From NCBI GenBank assembly GCA_035645215.1, contig DASQND010000028.1, positions 9,241-73,240 on the forward strand: a stretch of 64,000 nucleotides of DNA, read 5' to 3'. The notes under the pieces were generated by a model. That model saw only the letters and a list, made by a program, of their open reading frames with translations, had not been told where the DNA came from and did no database searches. Positions within the stretch are counted from its first letter, which is position 1. The number at the start of each line of letters is the position of its first letter. Positions 19,597 to 29,219 of this stretch are shown piece by piece. Both the position numbers and the translations under genes were made by a program. The stretch comes from Allosphingosinicella sp. (GTDB lineage: Bacteria > Pseudomonadota > Alphaproteobacteria > Sphingomonadales > Sphingomonadaceae).

Positions 19597-21693
19597 TCAG
19601 TCGTTGGCGTCACCATCGTCTGGCTCCTCGGCGTGGCCGGGATGAGCCTGTAGGGGCGTCAGGCGTTTACGGCTTAGGCCTGCGGCGTGCAGCGTCGCGC
19701 GGTTCCGCATCCAAGCGTCGTTGACGAGGTCCTGCCACTGCACCACTTCAATCTGTCCCCGATAATCGCCCTTCAGCTGGCGGATACGTCCCTGTCCGTT
19801 GGACGTGGTGTCCCAGCCCGAGAGCTGTAGGACCAGGTCTCCGACGATGTCGGCAACGACGTAACAGTGGAACACGCAGTCGTTGGCTATCCGCACACGC
19901 GACCGACCATACGACTCGATCTCCTCGCCTTGGAGTTGAGCAAGGTAGCGGGTGATCTGCTGCTCGATCTGATCCTTCGACCCATTGTAGGATCGACGCC
20001 CAGGCTTCTTGAATTCGACGACCATCACGCTTCGCAGCGGCTCCGAGACATCGACCGCCTCGGCTTGGTCTGGATCGGTCGCTCCCAGCCCGTGGGCGAG
20101 ATCCCATAGGAAGAGATCGGGCCGGTCCGCGGATCCCGCCTGGACAAGCAGGTCGTCGAGCCTCTTGTCGGACGAGAAGGCCCGCGTGAACGCCAGTCGC
20201 TCGTCGACGATCCAAAGCTCGTGAGCGCGGCCCTCGAGTTTTGTCGGGTCGTCCCCCCGCACGTTCATGGGACAGATGAAGGAGTGAAGCGTGCGCTCCA
20301 GATGGAAGTCGGCGGACGTGCCAACCCGCGCGCGGATCCGGGAGATGAGCTTCTCCAACAGCTCCAGCGCCAGCTTCCGGCGCACCACGTGCTGGGCGAG
20401 CGCGAGCTGCTCGGAGGCTTGGATGCCGCGAGCGGCTTCGACGATGGAATCCTGGAAGCTGAACCGCCCGTTGGCGTCGAGCGCGTCTATCAGCCTTTGC
20501 AGCGTATCCTGCCGCTCCTCGTCGCGCCGGATCTGGAACTTCACCAGATAGGAGGCGAATTCCTCCGGCGTCACTGCATGGAGAGGGACTCTTCCCAACT
20601 GCGTGTCGTCGTCGTCGAAGCCGTAGGTCGGGTAGCGCTCAACGAAGGATTCGTAGCGCTTGCGCCTCTTCTCAACGAACTTGCGGACCTGGTCGGGCAG
20701 CATCCGCTCCCTGACGGCGTCCATGCAGAGCCGGCTGATCTGCTTGAGAGCGCGTTCGGTGAGGTTGAACGCCGTCCGTCCCTCGTTGACTCGCAGATCC
20801 AGGTATTCCCCTGACACGCACCCGTGGAAGGCGAGGTCGGTCTCCCCGTCGCGCTCGAGCGACTCGATCCCGAGCAGGTTGTCGACCTTGCGCGCCTCCA
20901 CCGTGCGACCGTTCGCTAGGAGATGGAGCTGGTGGAGCCCTTCCAGTCCGGTGCTCGTCTCGGGGCGGCAGATGAACCCGACGATTCGGAACTCGCCGAA
21001 CTCGTCGCTGACCGCAGTGGCCTCCATCTTCGTACCGACGACGAGGTCCGAGATCGCTTTCGGGTATTCCGCCGCTTCACCATCCACGTCGAGGAGGATC
21101 GTCGGACCGCCGCCCATCAGGAAGTCGGCGATGAAGTGGGCGCTGAAGTACCGCAGGAAGGTGTCGGCCCGTTTCGGGAATGGGTCAGAGTATTCCTTCG
21201 TCCTCAATCCTCTAAAGCGCACACGCGTGCCGCGATCGTCCTGGGGAAACGCGGCCTGATCCTCGACAGTGGCGACGACCTGCTCCGTATTGTTGAGGAC
21301 GAAGCCGAACTCCCGCCGGACGTTCTCTTCGCCGAGGAGGTAGGTGCTGGCGACGTGAATATCGTCGAATGCGTCGAGCCAGAACAGGCGGCCGACGCCC
21401 TTGCCGCCCTTGGTCTTCTTGAAGTCGGTGTCGATCTCGCAGAATGCGGCATAGCGATCAGCATCGAGGCCGATGCCATCGTCCGCGATCAGGATGTCGA
21501 TGGCGCCGGGATCCGACAGCTTCGACACGGTGATGTCGATCCGGCCTCTGGCGATGTCCTCGCCATAGCGGTCCTCGATGCCGAACATCGCGTTGCTGAC
21601 GGCCTCAAACAGCGGCTGCAGGCTCTGCGTCGCGTTCGACGGCTTGGGCAGCTTACGCACGCGGTTCTCAATGTTGGGAGTGAGCGCTGGCAA
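19597..21693 (-). CDS. GHKL (HATPase_c) ATPase with a C-terminal PD-(D/E)XK-like domain
   Basis: EAVSNA, ADDGIG, GGKGVGR; C-terminal RPDLFL...VVEFKKPG. TTG start at 21693 with a gggag RBS, shorter than the ORF-track call. Confidence 0.75.
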   Translation of the reverse strand: MPALTPNIENRVRKLPKPSNATQSLQPLFEAVSNAMFGIEDRYGEDIARGRIDITVSKLSDPGAIDILIADDGIGLDADRYAAFCEIDTDFKKTKGGKGVGRLFWLDAFDDIHVASTYLLGEENVRREFGFVLNNTEQVVATVEDQAAFPQDDRGTRVRFRGLRTKEYSDPFPKRADTFLRYFSAHFIADFLMGGGPTILLDVDGEAAEYPKAISDLVVGTKMEATAVSDEFGEFRIVGFICRPETSTGLEGLHQLHLLANGRTVEARKVDNLLGIESLERDGETDLAFHGCVSGEYLDLRVNEGRTAFNLTERALKQISRLCMDAVRERMLPDQVRKFVEKRRKRYESFVERYPTYGFDDDDTQLGRVPLHAVTPEEFASYLVKFQIRRDEERQDTLQRLIDALDANGRFSFQDSIVEAARGIQASEQLALAQHVVRRKLALELLEKLISRIRARVGTSADFHLERTLHSFICPMNVRGDDPTKLEGRAHELWIVDERLAFTRAFSSDKRLDDLLVQAGSADRPDLFLWDLAHGLGATDPDQAEAVDVSEPLRSVMVVEFKKPGRRSYNGSKDQIEQQITRYLAQLQGEEIESYGRSRVRIANDCVFHCYVVADIVGDLVLQLSGWDTTSNGQGRIRQLKGDYRGQIEVVQWQDLVNDAWMRNRATLHAAGLSRKRLTPLQAHPGHAEEPDDGDAND

Positions 21694-22232
21694 TTTTGTA
21701 CTCCCAATGCATCGGCAGTCTTTGTCTAGCCAAGCGACGGGTGATGTCCAAGGTCGCTGAGAGGCGGTAGGCTTCGCGGCGATCGCGCCGCGTGTCAAAG
21801 CCGCCATGGGCATCTTCCTCGTCCAACGCCCGCAGCACCTGCGGCCAGACCGTCCGCGACGTCCCGGCCCCCCGGTATATATGATCCGGTCGACCGGTGT
21901 CCGCGCGATAGCCGCGCCGCGCCTAGCCGGCCAGCCCTCCAAAATAGTCACGAGTTCGCCAATGTGATCCGCGTCCGAGTGACTCAAGACGACGAGGTCG
22001 AGTCGGTCGCTTCCGACAATCTCGCGCAACGCGGCCGATCGTTCATTCCCCCGGAAATTGCCGGCGTCATAGAGCATATGGTGCCCGCCGGGGATCGCGA
22101 TGAGGACGCACATGCCATTGCCGACACCGACAACGCGAACCACGGCTTCGGCGGCTTGCGCAGGTACGGAAATGCCCGCTCCCGCAATGATCGCAAAAAA
22201 TCTGTTAGTAGATCGATGGTCTTGAGCAGCAT
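21694..22232 (-). pseudogene. Frameshifted, truncated ComEC/Rec2-type metallo-beta-lactamase-fold hydrolase
   Basis: VGNGMC, YDAG, LSHSDADHIG motifs. Signal-peptide-like FAIIAGAGISVPAQA is out of frame with the ATG at 22232 around a T6 run; the C-terminal half is missing. Confidence 0.55.
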
Positions 22233-22357
22233 GATCTCGCCTTTTGAACTAGCCGAGTCACAACGAAAACTAAACAACCACATGTCGATAGAGAAGAGAC
22301 TGGCGGAGCTTATATGTCGTAGGACATCCAATTTTATTCCACACTAGAGTCCCGGAC

Positions 22358-22798
22358 TCAACTAGAGCTCTTTACCGTCTCTAGGCTGAGCTGCTGGGCT
22401 TTGCAGATAGGCGGAACGACCCACAACGCCGCCGCCGTCGAAACCAACGCAATGAAGCCGAACACAACCACAATCAAAGCCCGAAGCCGCGTCTCAGCCG
22501 CTTTGCGCCGGCTCTCCGCGTCTTGCTCCTTCATTGAGCGAATGTACGTCGTCATGGAACTAACGTCTTCTGCGCACATATCACCGCTGGACGGCTGCCG
22601 TACCGCGATAAAGCGCAAGAGCGTCCCAATCGTTACGATGATCGCTGTACAGATGTGAAGTACATAGCCTGGACATGACGAGACCGTTTCGAGGTAAACG
22701 CCAGCTAAAACCAAAAGAAAGCAAAATCCAGCACAGGCCCCCACGAACGACCTAGGGGCCACTGCGGCGCGACTTCGGCGGACAGGCTTCCGCGGCAT
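22358..22798 (-). CDS. Hypothetical membrane protein (about 3 transmembrane helices)
   Basis: Three hydrophobic segments. Confidence 0.5.
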   Translation of the reverse strand: MPRKPVRRSRAAVAPRSFVGACAGFCFLLVLAGVYLETVSSCPGYVLHICTAIIVTIGTLLRFIAVRQPSSGDMCAEDVSSMTTYIRSMKEQDAESRRKAAETRLRALIVVVFGFIALVSTAAALWVVPPICKAQQLSLETVKSSS

Positions 22799-22803
22799 CC
22801 CTA

Positions 22804-23412
22804 CTAGGCCTCAGCGTGCCGTGACTCAAAACCTGTAGAGTAAATCGCGCCCATCATGATCGCTAAGCCGCGCGCGGAATAGTTGTGCTCGCGAAATGAG
22901 CCGACGAGATCACCAAAAACCCTCGAAACTTTTTCGTCATTGTACTTCATCCGTTCGTTTAGAACGTCTATCTCGGCCTTCTCCTGGCCCGGGCGCTTCA
23001 CTCGGTCAAGCTTCGAAGCAATATCCAGATAGCCCTTACTGATAAGATCGGTCGTTATGGTCAAAGCAACCATTTCGTTAATCGGCGACCGCAAAGCTGT
23101 CTTCAAACGCTCCTTGTAATCGGTGTCAAAGTGATCAATTATGCTGGAAATACGAATCTTGCCAGCAAAGTCGTCTTTAAGTCGCGGAGCCAACGAAAAC
23201 GGTTTGAGCTTCAGAATCCAGAAGCACAAGTGACTGACTTGCTTGATGTGATTGGGAGCGCCGCGACCGTGAAACGCGCATGTCACCTGGGCCGAAATGA
23301 AAGCCTCTTTAAAAATTGCCTCATCGAGGCTAACCCTCAAATTCAACTCTCGCGAGGCTTCGCTTCCAAACGTGCGCGCAATCGCAAGCACTTCGTCGTA
23401 TTTGTCGAACAA
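22804..23412 (-). CDS. Hypothetical helical protein
   Basis: 202 aa in an AT-richer segment; HIKQVSHLCFWILKLKP motif; gagg RBS. Confidence 0.65.
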   Translation of the reverse strand: MFDKYDEVLAIARTFGSEASRELNLRVSLDEAIFKEAFISAQVTCAFHGRGAPNHIKQVSHLCFWILKLKPFSLAPRLKDDFAGKIRISSIIDHFDTDYKERLKTALRSPINEMVALTITTDLISKGYLDIASKLDRVKRPGQEKAEIDVLNERMKYNDEKVSRVFGDLVGSFREHNYSARGLAIMMGAIYSTGFESRHAEA

Positions 23413-23498
23413 CCACCCCTCCTCTGCACGGTGCCCGACCAGCGCTTATAACGCGCTAGACGATGAGCGGCGCATCGAAGAGAATTAGCCCGGAATTG

Positions 23499-23774
23499 TC
23501 AAGCGGGACGCGCGTGGTTGCTGCGCAAGTAATTACGGATCATCACGAGAGACGACGGCTCAACAGTGGCCGAGCGTTCGATCTGCGCTGAGATGTCGCC
23601 AAACGCATTGTTTCCGACGCACTCCAGTCGATCTCTGATCATGTCCTGGTACTCGGGATCCTGAGCGACGTCAGAATTGATTACATCGCAGCCCGGCACG
23701 CTAAAGCTTTGGCGGACGGCCTCGGCCAGCTCGGCCTTCTTGATCTCAACAACGTCGTCGGTCGGGTCGGCCAC
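23499..23774 (-). CDS. Small acidic hypothetical protein
   Basis: 91 aa, gggag RBS, upstream of 22804-23412. Confidence 0.5.
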   Translation of the reverse strand: MADPTDDVVEIKKAELAEAVRQSFSVPGCDVINSDVAQDPEYQDMIRDRLECVGNNAFGDISAQIERSATVEPSSLVMIRNYLRSNHARPA

Positions 23775-24334
23775 TAATTACTTGCTCCCGTAGTCTATTT
23801 GTTCACACAGCTTTACCTTGTCCGTACCCGCTCGACAAGATAGCAAGAACACCAGTGTTGCGCTTTCGCCACAGGGACTTGCACCGCATTTGCATAGCCT
23901 TTGGCCCACACCAACAGAGAAGCGTTAACTTAAACGGCAACCACGCGCCAGACTGTGCAGAAAACACGGTGAACCGATGATTTGCGCCATGTCAAAAAGT
24001 CCCTAAACCAGTACTCTATGTGGTGGCAGCTCTCGTGCCTTCAAGGGCCGCCGCATAGGAGCCGCTGGCGCGACTCGGTTCGACTCGAGCCGCGCGCTGA
24101 TGGCTGAGGCGCTTGCCAAGTCAAAGCTGGGAAGCCTAGGCGCACTTTTGCCTAGTACTCGTCCTGTGTATGGCGCCCTAGGCAAACGGAGTTTATGACT
24201 GGCCGATGAAAAACTCGGCTGCTTCGACTCCTAGTCCCCGTGCGAGAGCAATGCGCTCGCCAGCTTGATCGATCAATTTTCATGCGCTCGCGCTCGCGAG
24301 CCACTTCAGGAATCGATCGGCTCGGAGGCTTTCA

Positions 24335-25702
24335 ATGCTCCACCGGGGCTGGACGAGCGGCATCGCGCCACAGGGCCCTTTGAACGCGCCCGGATTGCGG
24401 AACGGCATCAACAGCACGAGCGGCGACCGCATCGCCCGCGAGACAATTTCGAACCGTCGCGCTAGTTATCCGCGAAAAATCGCAGTCGCGCACCTTGCAA
24501 TCGCAGCGTGTTCTTCTATCGTTCTGAAAGGAGAAAGCACGCTGGTTGACCCGCAACCCCTTCGTTTGATCGGACGACGCCTCAGCGATGACGATCTGCT
24601 GCGCACGGAGTTTTGCTACCGCGATCCCGAGAATCTGCCTAGCCTGAACCGCGGGGTTCCAGATCAGGACGCTCATCCCGTCATTGTCGGTTACTATGAT
24701 GAGAGACCGGCCGGAGGTCGCAAGGCAAACCCAGGCGCGCCGATGATCCGTTGCTGCCACTGCGGCTACCCGCGACACTGGAAAGGCTACGTCGTTAGAG
24801 ACGACAAAGGCGAGACCTACATCATCGGCGCCGATAAGTGCGGCCGCGAACATTACGGTGCACGGTTTGAGGCGGCAGAGCGGAGCTTCAAGCAGGAGCA
24901 GGCGCGTCAGAAAGCATTGACCCGTTGGCGAAATATGACCGGTCTTGTTCCACCCATGAACGCGGAGGTCGAGCGAATCTTGACCTGCGAGGCCGTTCGA
25001 ATGATCGAGCGCAAACGCGACGAGATTAGGCGCGCGTCACCGGAAGGCTTCGATCGGCTCATCCGACATCATGGGTCTGGAGATCCGATGGTGGAGGTGA
25101 TCGTAGAGTGCGACTATGCTGCAGAAGCGGATCGCAAAGCGCGATACGAGCGCGCGATGGCTGCATATGCAGCGTTGCCGCCGGAGGAGCGGCGAGGGCG
25201 GCGCGATCAGGGCCTAAAGCCAGAACTCGACAACTCACCCATACTGATCCGTGAAACTGAGCCGCTTGGCCCGCTCATGGGAGCCGGATTCCTGACTGAT
25301 CGAGGTGACGTGCGGGCCGCTGCGCTAGCGCTGCGAGACACACTTCGTGCAATCGAAAAGTTGAACGCCGCCGGCACGGATGCGGCCAATCTGAATGATC
25401 TTAACCGGCTCCTGCGCGAAATGACGGATAGGCCGAAAGCGGTATGGAACGCGTTTCTCGAGCTGTCTTTTACAAGCATATTCTTCGAGGATGATAATCT
25501 GGAGCGGCTTGAGCGGTGGTCGCGGGCCTTCCCGCGTTTCTCATATTTCGCAGATGATGGTGCGCTGCTGGTCAATGACAGCTCCAAAGGGCGTACCCGC
25601 ATCAGCGCCATAGCGGACGCGGATTTGCCTGAAACACGCACGATCGACTCCTTGAATTACTACACAGAGGAATTCTTGCCGATGATCGCCGACGCTGCAT
25701 AG
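24335..25702 (+). CDS. Hypothetical protein with a putative Zn-binding N-terminus; true start probably near 24550
   Basis: CCHCG...H...KCG motif followed by a helical region. Confidence 0.6.
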   Translation: MLHRGWTSGIAPQGPLNAPGLRNGINSTSGDRIARETISNRRASYPRKIAVAHLAIAACSSIVLKGESTLVDPQPLRLIGRRLSDDDLLRTEFCYRDPENLPSLNRGVPDQDAHPVIVGYYDERPAGGRKANPGAPMIRCCHCGYPRHWKGYVVRDDKGETYIIGADKCGREHYGARFEAAERSFKQEQARQKALTRWRNMTGLVPPMNAEVERILTCEAVRMIERKRDEIRRASPEGFDRLIRHHGSGDPMVEVIVECDYAAEADRKARYERAMAAYAALPPEERRGRRDQGLKPELDNSPILIRETEPLGPLMGAGFLTDRGDVRAAALALRDTLRAIEKLNAAGTDAANLNDLNRLLREMTDRPKAVWNAFLELSFTSIFFEDDNLERLERWSRAFPRFSYFADDGALLVNDSSKGRTRISAIADADLPETRTIDSLNYYTEEFLPMIADAA

Positions 25703-25708
25703 CCCTGC

Positions 25709-26716
25709 TCAGGCGGCAGGAAGACTATCTGGTGGTTCAAGAAATTCCACAACAAAACGAGGAAACTCGGTTTCCACATGATCGAGAGCTGCTAGCAATG
25801 TCGGCACGGCTGCGTCGTGAGCACGATTTTGCAGCATCGATATCCAATGCGCCGGAAAGTACCTCACAAGCATGCCCAGCCCGTAAGAAGCTACAAAAGC
25901 GAGAGCGATCTTCGAAAGTTCTAATCCCGTTGGCCAGCGAGCCAGCGCAACAATCTCCCCAATTCCGAACGAGCCGGTGCTATCGGAGAGCGGAGGCAGG
26001 TCCATGTCAGATGGGACAAGCAGTGTAAGTGATCGTCCAGAATCGTCGGTGACTTCCGGTATGTCACCTAAGACCGCACGCACGTCATCTAGCGTATATG
26101 GCGAATCCACTCTAAACTCATGGCGCCCATCAGGACGTACACCTTGAGGCCAAAACGCTACCGCGTGTCGTTCATCTCGCCAGCGCCGGAACGTGGCGCG
26201 AATCTCCGGGAGGCGCGATAGCGCGTCGAGGAAGGTCAGTTCAGCAGAAGCGGGAGGCATGTCGCACCGTTGGATGTGATTAGGTGCTGAAGAATTGCTT
26301 CGGAGATATGACAGATGTTCCGTCGCCTCAAGGAGCTGGCGAAACGTTCCCCGCGGGTTGATCTTAATCTTGAGCGCAGCAACGCTTCCGCCGTTGCGGC
26401 TCAGTTCGTCGCCCCACGCTTCTGCTCCCAACCCGTGTGCCTGCGCCAAGCCAGCTTCGCGCAGCTGGGTAGACAGAAACAGCGCTAGGCCCCGGGACAG
26501 GCTGAGAACCCCATAATACGTTAGTAACGGTCGGACGACACGTTCGGCTTCCGATGCCGATTGCATGTATCCCCGCGCCTGAGTGAACGCAGCGCAAATC
26601 TCCTGAGCTTTCGCTGCGTTGAGGCTTCTACCATGTCTAGCTGTGAATTGGCGGCGGACCAACTCGGCTGATTCATAGTTGGCGATGATCTCCCAATGCT
26701 TATTCCGTTCAATCAT
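25709..26716 (-). CDS. YaaC-family protein
   Basis: AFTQARGY...VRPLLTYYG...HGL...YGLGMLVRYFPAHW. Confidence 0.75.
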   Translation of the reverse strand: MIERNKHWEIIANYESAELVRRQFTARHGRSLNAAKAQEICAAFTQARGYMQSASEAERVVRPLLTYYGVLSLSRGLALFLSTQLREAGLAQAHGLGAEAWGDELSRNGGSVAALKIKINPRGTFRQLLEATEHLSYLRSNSSAPNHIQRCDMPPASAELTFLDALSRLPEIRATFRRWRDERHAVAFWPQGVRPDGRHEFRVDSPYTLDDVRAVLGDIPEVTDDSGRSLTLLVPSDMDLPPLSDSTGSFGIGEIVALARWPTGLELSKIALAFVASYGLGMLVRYFPAHWISMLQNRAHDAAVPTLLAALDHVETEFPRFVVEFLEPPDSLPAA

Positions 26717-27500
26717 GAATAAAGCCTACAACAATGATCTGAGGGACGCCATGCGCCAGCTGGCGATAGTCAACGCACGAACGGCCACTAAAATTAGAGC
26801 TCGATCGCAAACGCCGGGGCGATGACTTCTCTCCAAAGTGTCCCGCCGGAACGGCCGACGGAGCCGCCGGAATTGACCTCTTCCAGGCCGCAATCGCTCT
26901 GCTTGATGCCCATTGGCACGTAGCGCGCGCGCAACCGAGCTTCAACAACTTCGAATGCCGGAAACCTGCTGCTGAACTCTCTTAGCTTCGGAACGAGCCG
27001 ATGATGGAGTTGGGGATCCGGGCGCCCCTCGGTCTGAGCGTGCCGGAGGCGCATTCGCGCACTTACGACGTCATCCACCGACGTTCGGATAAGCTTGGGC
27101 TCACCGTCACCGAGAAGCACATGGGGAATGTGCTCGCGGATGGGATCGTCCCCCCAGCGCTGCACCAAGATCGATGCATCGACGAGATGGTAAGGGGGAG
27201 CGGAAAGCCAAGAATAGCCGAGTTCCGCGCCTGCAAAATCGCGGAAGTCGCAGTGCTGCAACGACCGGTGCAAATCGGTACCGTCCACCGAGAAATTGGC
27301 TGAACCTAGAGCTCCGAAGCTCCATATGGTGATGGCCGTCCTGGGCTGGCGCCAGATCCGCCCCAATGTGCTGGAACTTCTGCGACAGCTCTTCCAGGCC
27401 GTCTTTCCCACATGGATCTTTACCAAAAGGCTCGCCGCCCATCGGGCCGGCTCGCTTCCGCGCCGCGCCTGTGCAGTTCCGCTCCGTCCCGGCGCGCTTA

Positions 27501-28895
27501 CTAGAACCCGCTCGAGCGCTCGACGAGTTCTTGCCGATCCGGCCTCGGCTGGGGGACGGCGTCCTGTGTCTTGCTTGGGCGGCGCCTGCATCCGCGCCAA
27601 ATCTCGTCAAGCTGGTCCGGCGTTGGCGGGGGCGGCAAATTGTTATTGTCACAAATCGGCGGCGCGAAGGGACAGATCACGTCACGCAGGAACGTGTCGA
27701 TCACGGCCTGCGCTGCAGCCCGTCCTATGCGCTGGCCGGCGACGTGATCAGAAACCCAATGCACACCTGCCCACAAACGGGCCTCGCCGATATTGTTGGC
27801 AAGGCGACGGAGCTCGGCCGCGATCCAGCCAGGGTTACTAAGGAACTCGAGCGTGATTCGACCCGCTGGGAACTTCTCGAATAGCGTTTGGTCGTCGTCG
27901 TCTAGCGTGTCCGGCGAGAAGAAATATTCCAGCATGTAAGTGGCTGCCGCGCTGTAAGTGCTATGCCCAGAGGGCCAGGCCGGGTGCCGCGGCGTCCCGG
28001 GGCTGTCGGGGTGAAAGCTTCCAGCGCCCGGCGGCACGAGCGGACAGTCGCGACGCGGACCTGGTTCTTCGTCATGCCCCTGCTCGTTCACCGCAAAATC
28101 GTACAGCACCGAAAACTCAGTCTGCTGTTGCTGGCCATCGTGCCGGACGGCGTACTCCGAAGGCCGTAGCAAACGGCTAAACTGGCTCCGCCACTTGTAG
28201 AACCAAGCCGCGCTGAGAGCGGTGTAGATTGCCATGTCGAGTCCCATCCATATCCGCGCATGGCGCGGGGGAGAGACGTCGCGGCGTAGGAAAAGCAGCC
28301 AGTTCAGCGCGTGGCGGTGATAGAGGCCAGGCGTCTCATCCTCGAACATGCGAGCAAGCTCGCGCCCTTCGTTCACAAGAGGCGACCGCGACAGGATCCT
28401 CAGATGCTGCTTCAGGACCTTGCCGATCGCGAACTGAGTTCGCTCACGCGTGTCGAATATGGCTCCGAAGGGCGGATCTTGAAGGTGGATAAAGCGGGAT
28501 AGCGGCGTCAGCCCCCTGAAGTCTCCCACCGACGCGTCGCCTGCGGGGATGACTTGGTACGGAAAGTCGGAGCGGCGATCGTTCAGCTCTTTTAGGAAGA
28601 CGAACTGACGCTGCAGGTCGATGTCGCTAGGAAAAAACGCTTCGTCTAAAAACAAACGGGGTCTACTGCCGGGTTGCTCCGTAAGCGCGACGACCTCTGC
28701 AAGCGCAGGGACCCGTATGGCAGGCTCGTCGAGCCAAAAGCCGGAGGTGGGTTCAACCTGCGGGCCATGGAGGCGGTACGCACGCGCTTGATCTCCCGGC
28801 TGGCTTGCCATCGCTCTCTCCCTCGGTTCTCCAAAAAACTCCTGTCCGTTCACGCAACCGGGCCCGACTCGGCCAAGATTTAAGAACAGCACCAT
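27501..28895 (-). CDS. Vanadium-dependent haloperoxidase / PAP2-superfamily enzyme
   Basis: KW...RP, HPAWPSGH, ARLWAGVHWVSDH motifs. Confidence 0.8.
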   Translation of the reverse strand: MVLFLNLGRVGPGCVNGQEFFGEPRERAMASQPGDQARAYRLHGPQVEPTSGFWLDEPAIRVPALAEVVALTEQPGSRPRLFLDEAFFPSDIDLQRQFVFLKELNDRRSDFPYQVIPAGDASVGDFRGLTPLSRFIHLQDPPFGAIFDTRERTQFAIGKVLKQHLRILSRSPLVNEGRELARMFEDETPGLYHRHALNWLLFLRRDVSPPRHARIWMGLDMAIYTALSAAWFYKWRSQFSRLLRPSEYAVRHDGQQQQTEFSVLYDFAVNEQGHDEEPGPRRDCPLVPPGAGSFHPDSPGTPRHPAWPSGHSTYSAAATYMLEYFFSPDTLDDDDQTLFEKFPAGRITLEFLSNPGWIAAELRRLANNIGEARLWAGVHWVSDHVAGQRIGRAAAQAVIDTFLRDVICPFAPPICDNNNLPPPPTPDQLDEIWRGCRRRPSKTQDAVPQPRPDRQELVERSSGF

Positions 28896-29219
28896 ATCAT
28901 TTTCTTTGTCTTTTGAGCACCCGTCCCATCGTCTCAACTGGTTACAGTCAGTCGGCGCTTCCGGCTGATCATGCCGGAGGCTCGCCGCCCGTCAACCCGG
29001 CTCGATTCCGCGCCTTCGCCTTGTGCAGCTCCGCCCCGTTCCGGCGCGCTTCGCGCGAGGTTTGACCGGCGCCTCTTCCTCCGCCTTTTTGCTCACTAGG
29101 ACGACGCGGGCAGGTCTGCCGCTTCCATCCCCAACTTCCACAGCCCCTGAGGCTGGGCTTCCTTGCCTCTTCCCGGCCCCTCCCCCAGATTGAGGCTTCA
29201 CCTTCCCCAAGGAGCCGAA

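Noticed and set aside
19597-22143. 848-aa MBL-GHKL fusion called by the ORF track
   Set aside because: An internal TTG with a good RBS at 21693, a low-complexity linker and an incomplete MBL domain point to a pseudogene fragment plus a separate gene.
26794-27600. 268-aa minus-strand ORF downstream of the haloperoxidase
   Set aside because: Its N-terminus overlaps another gene and I found no motif or RBS; part of it may code, but this is unsupported.
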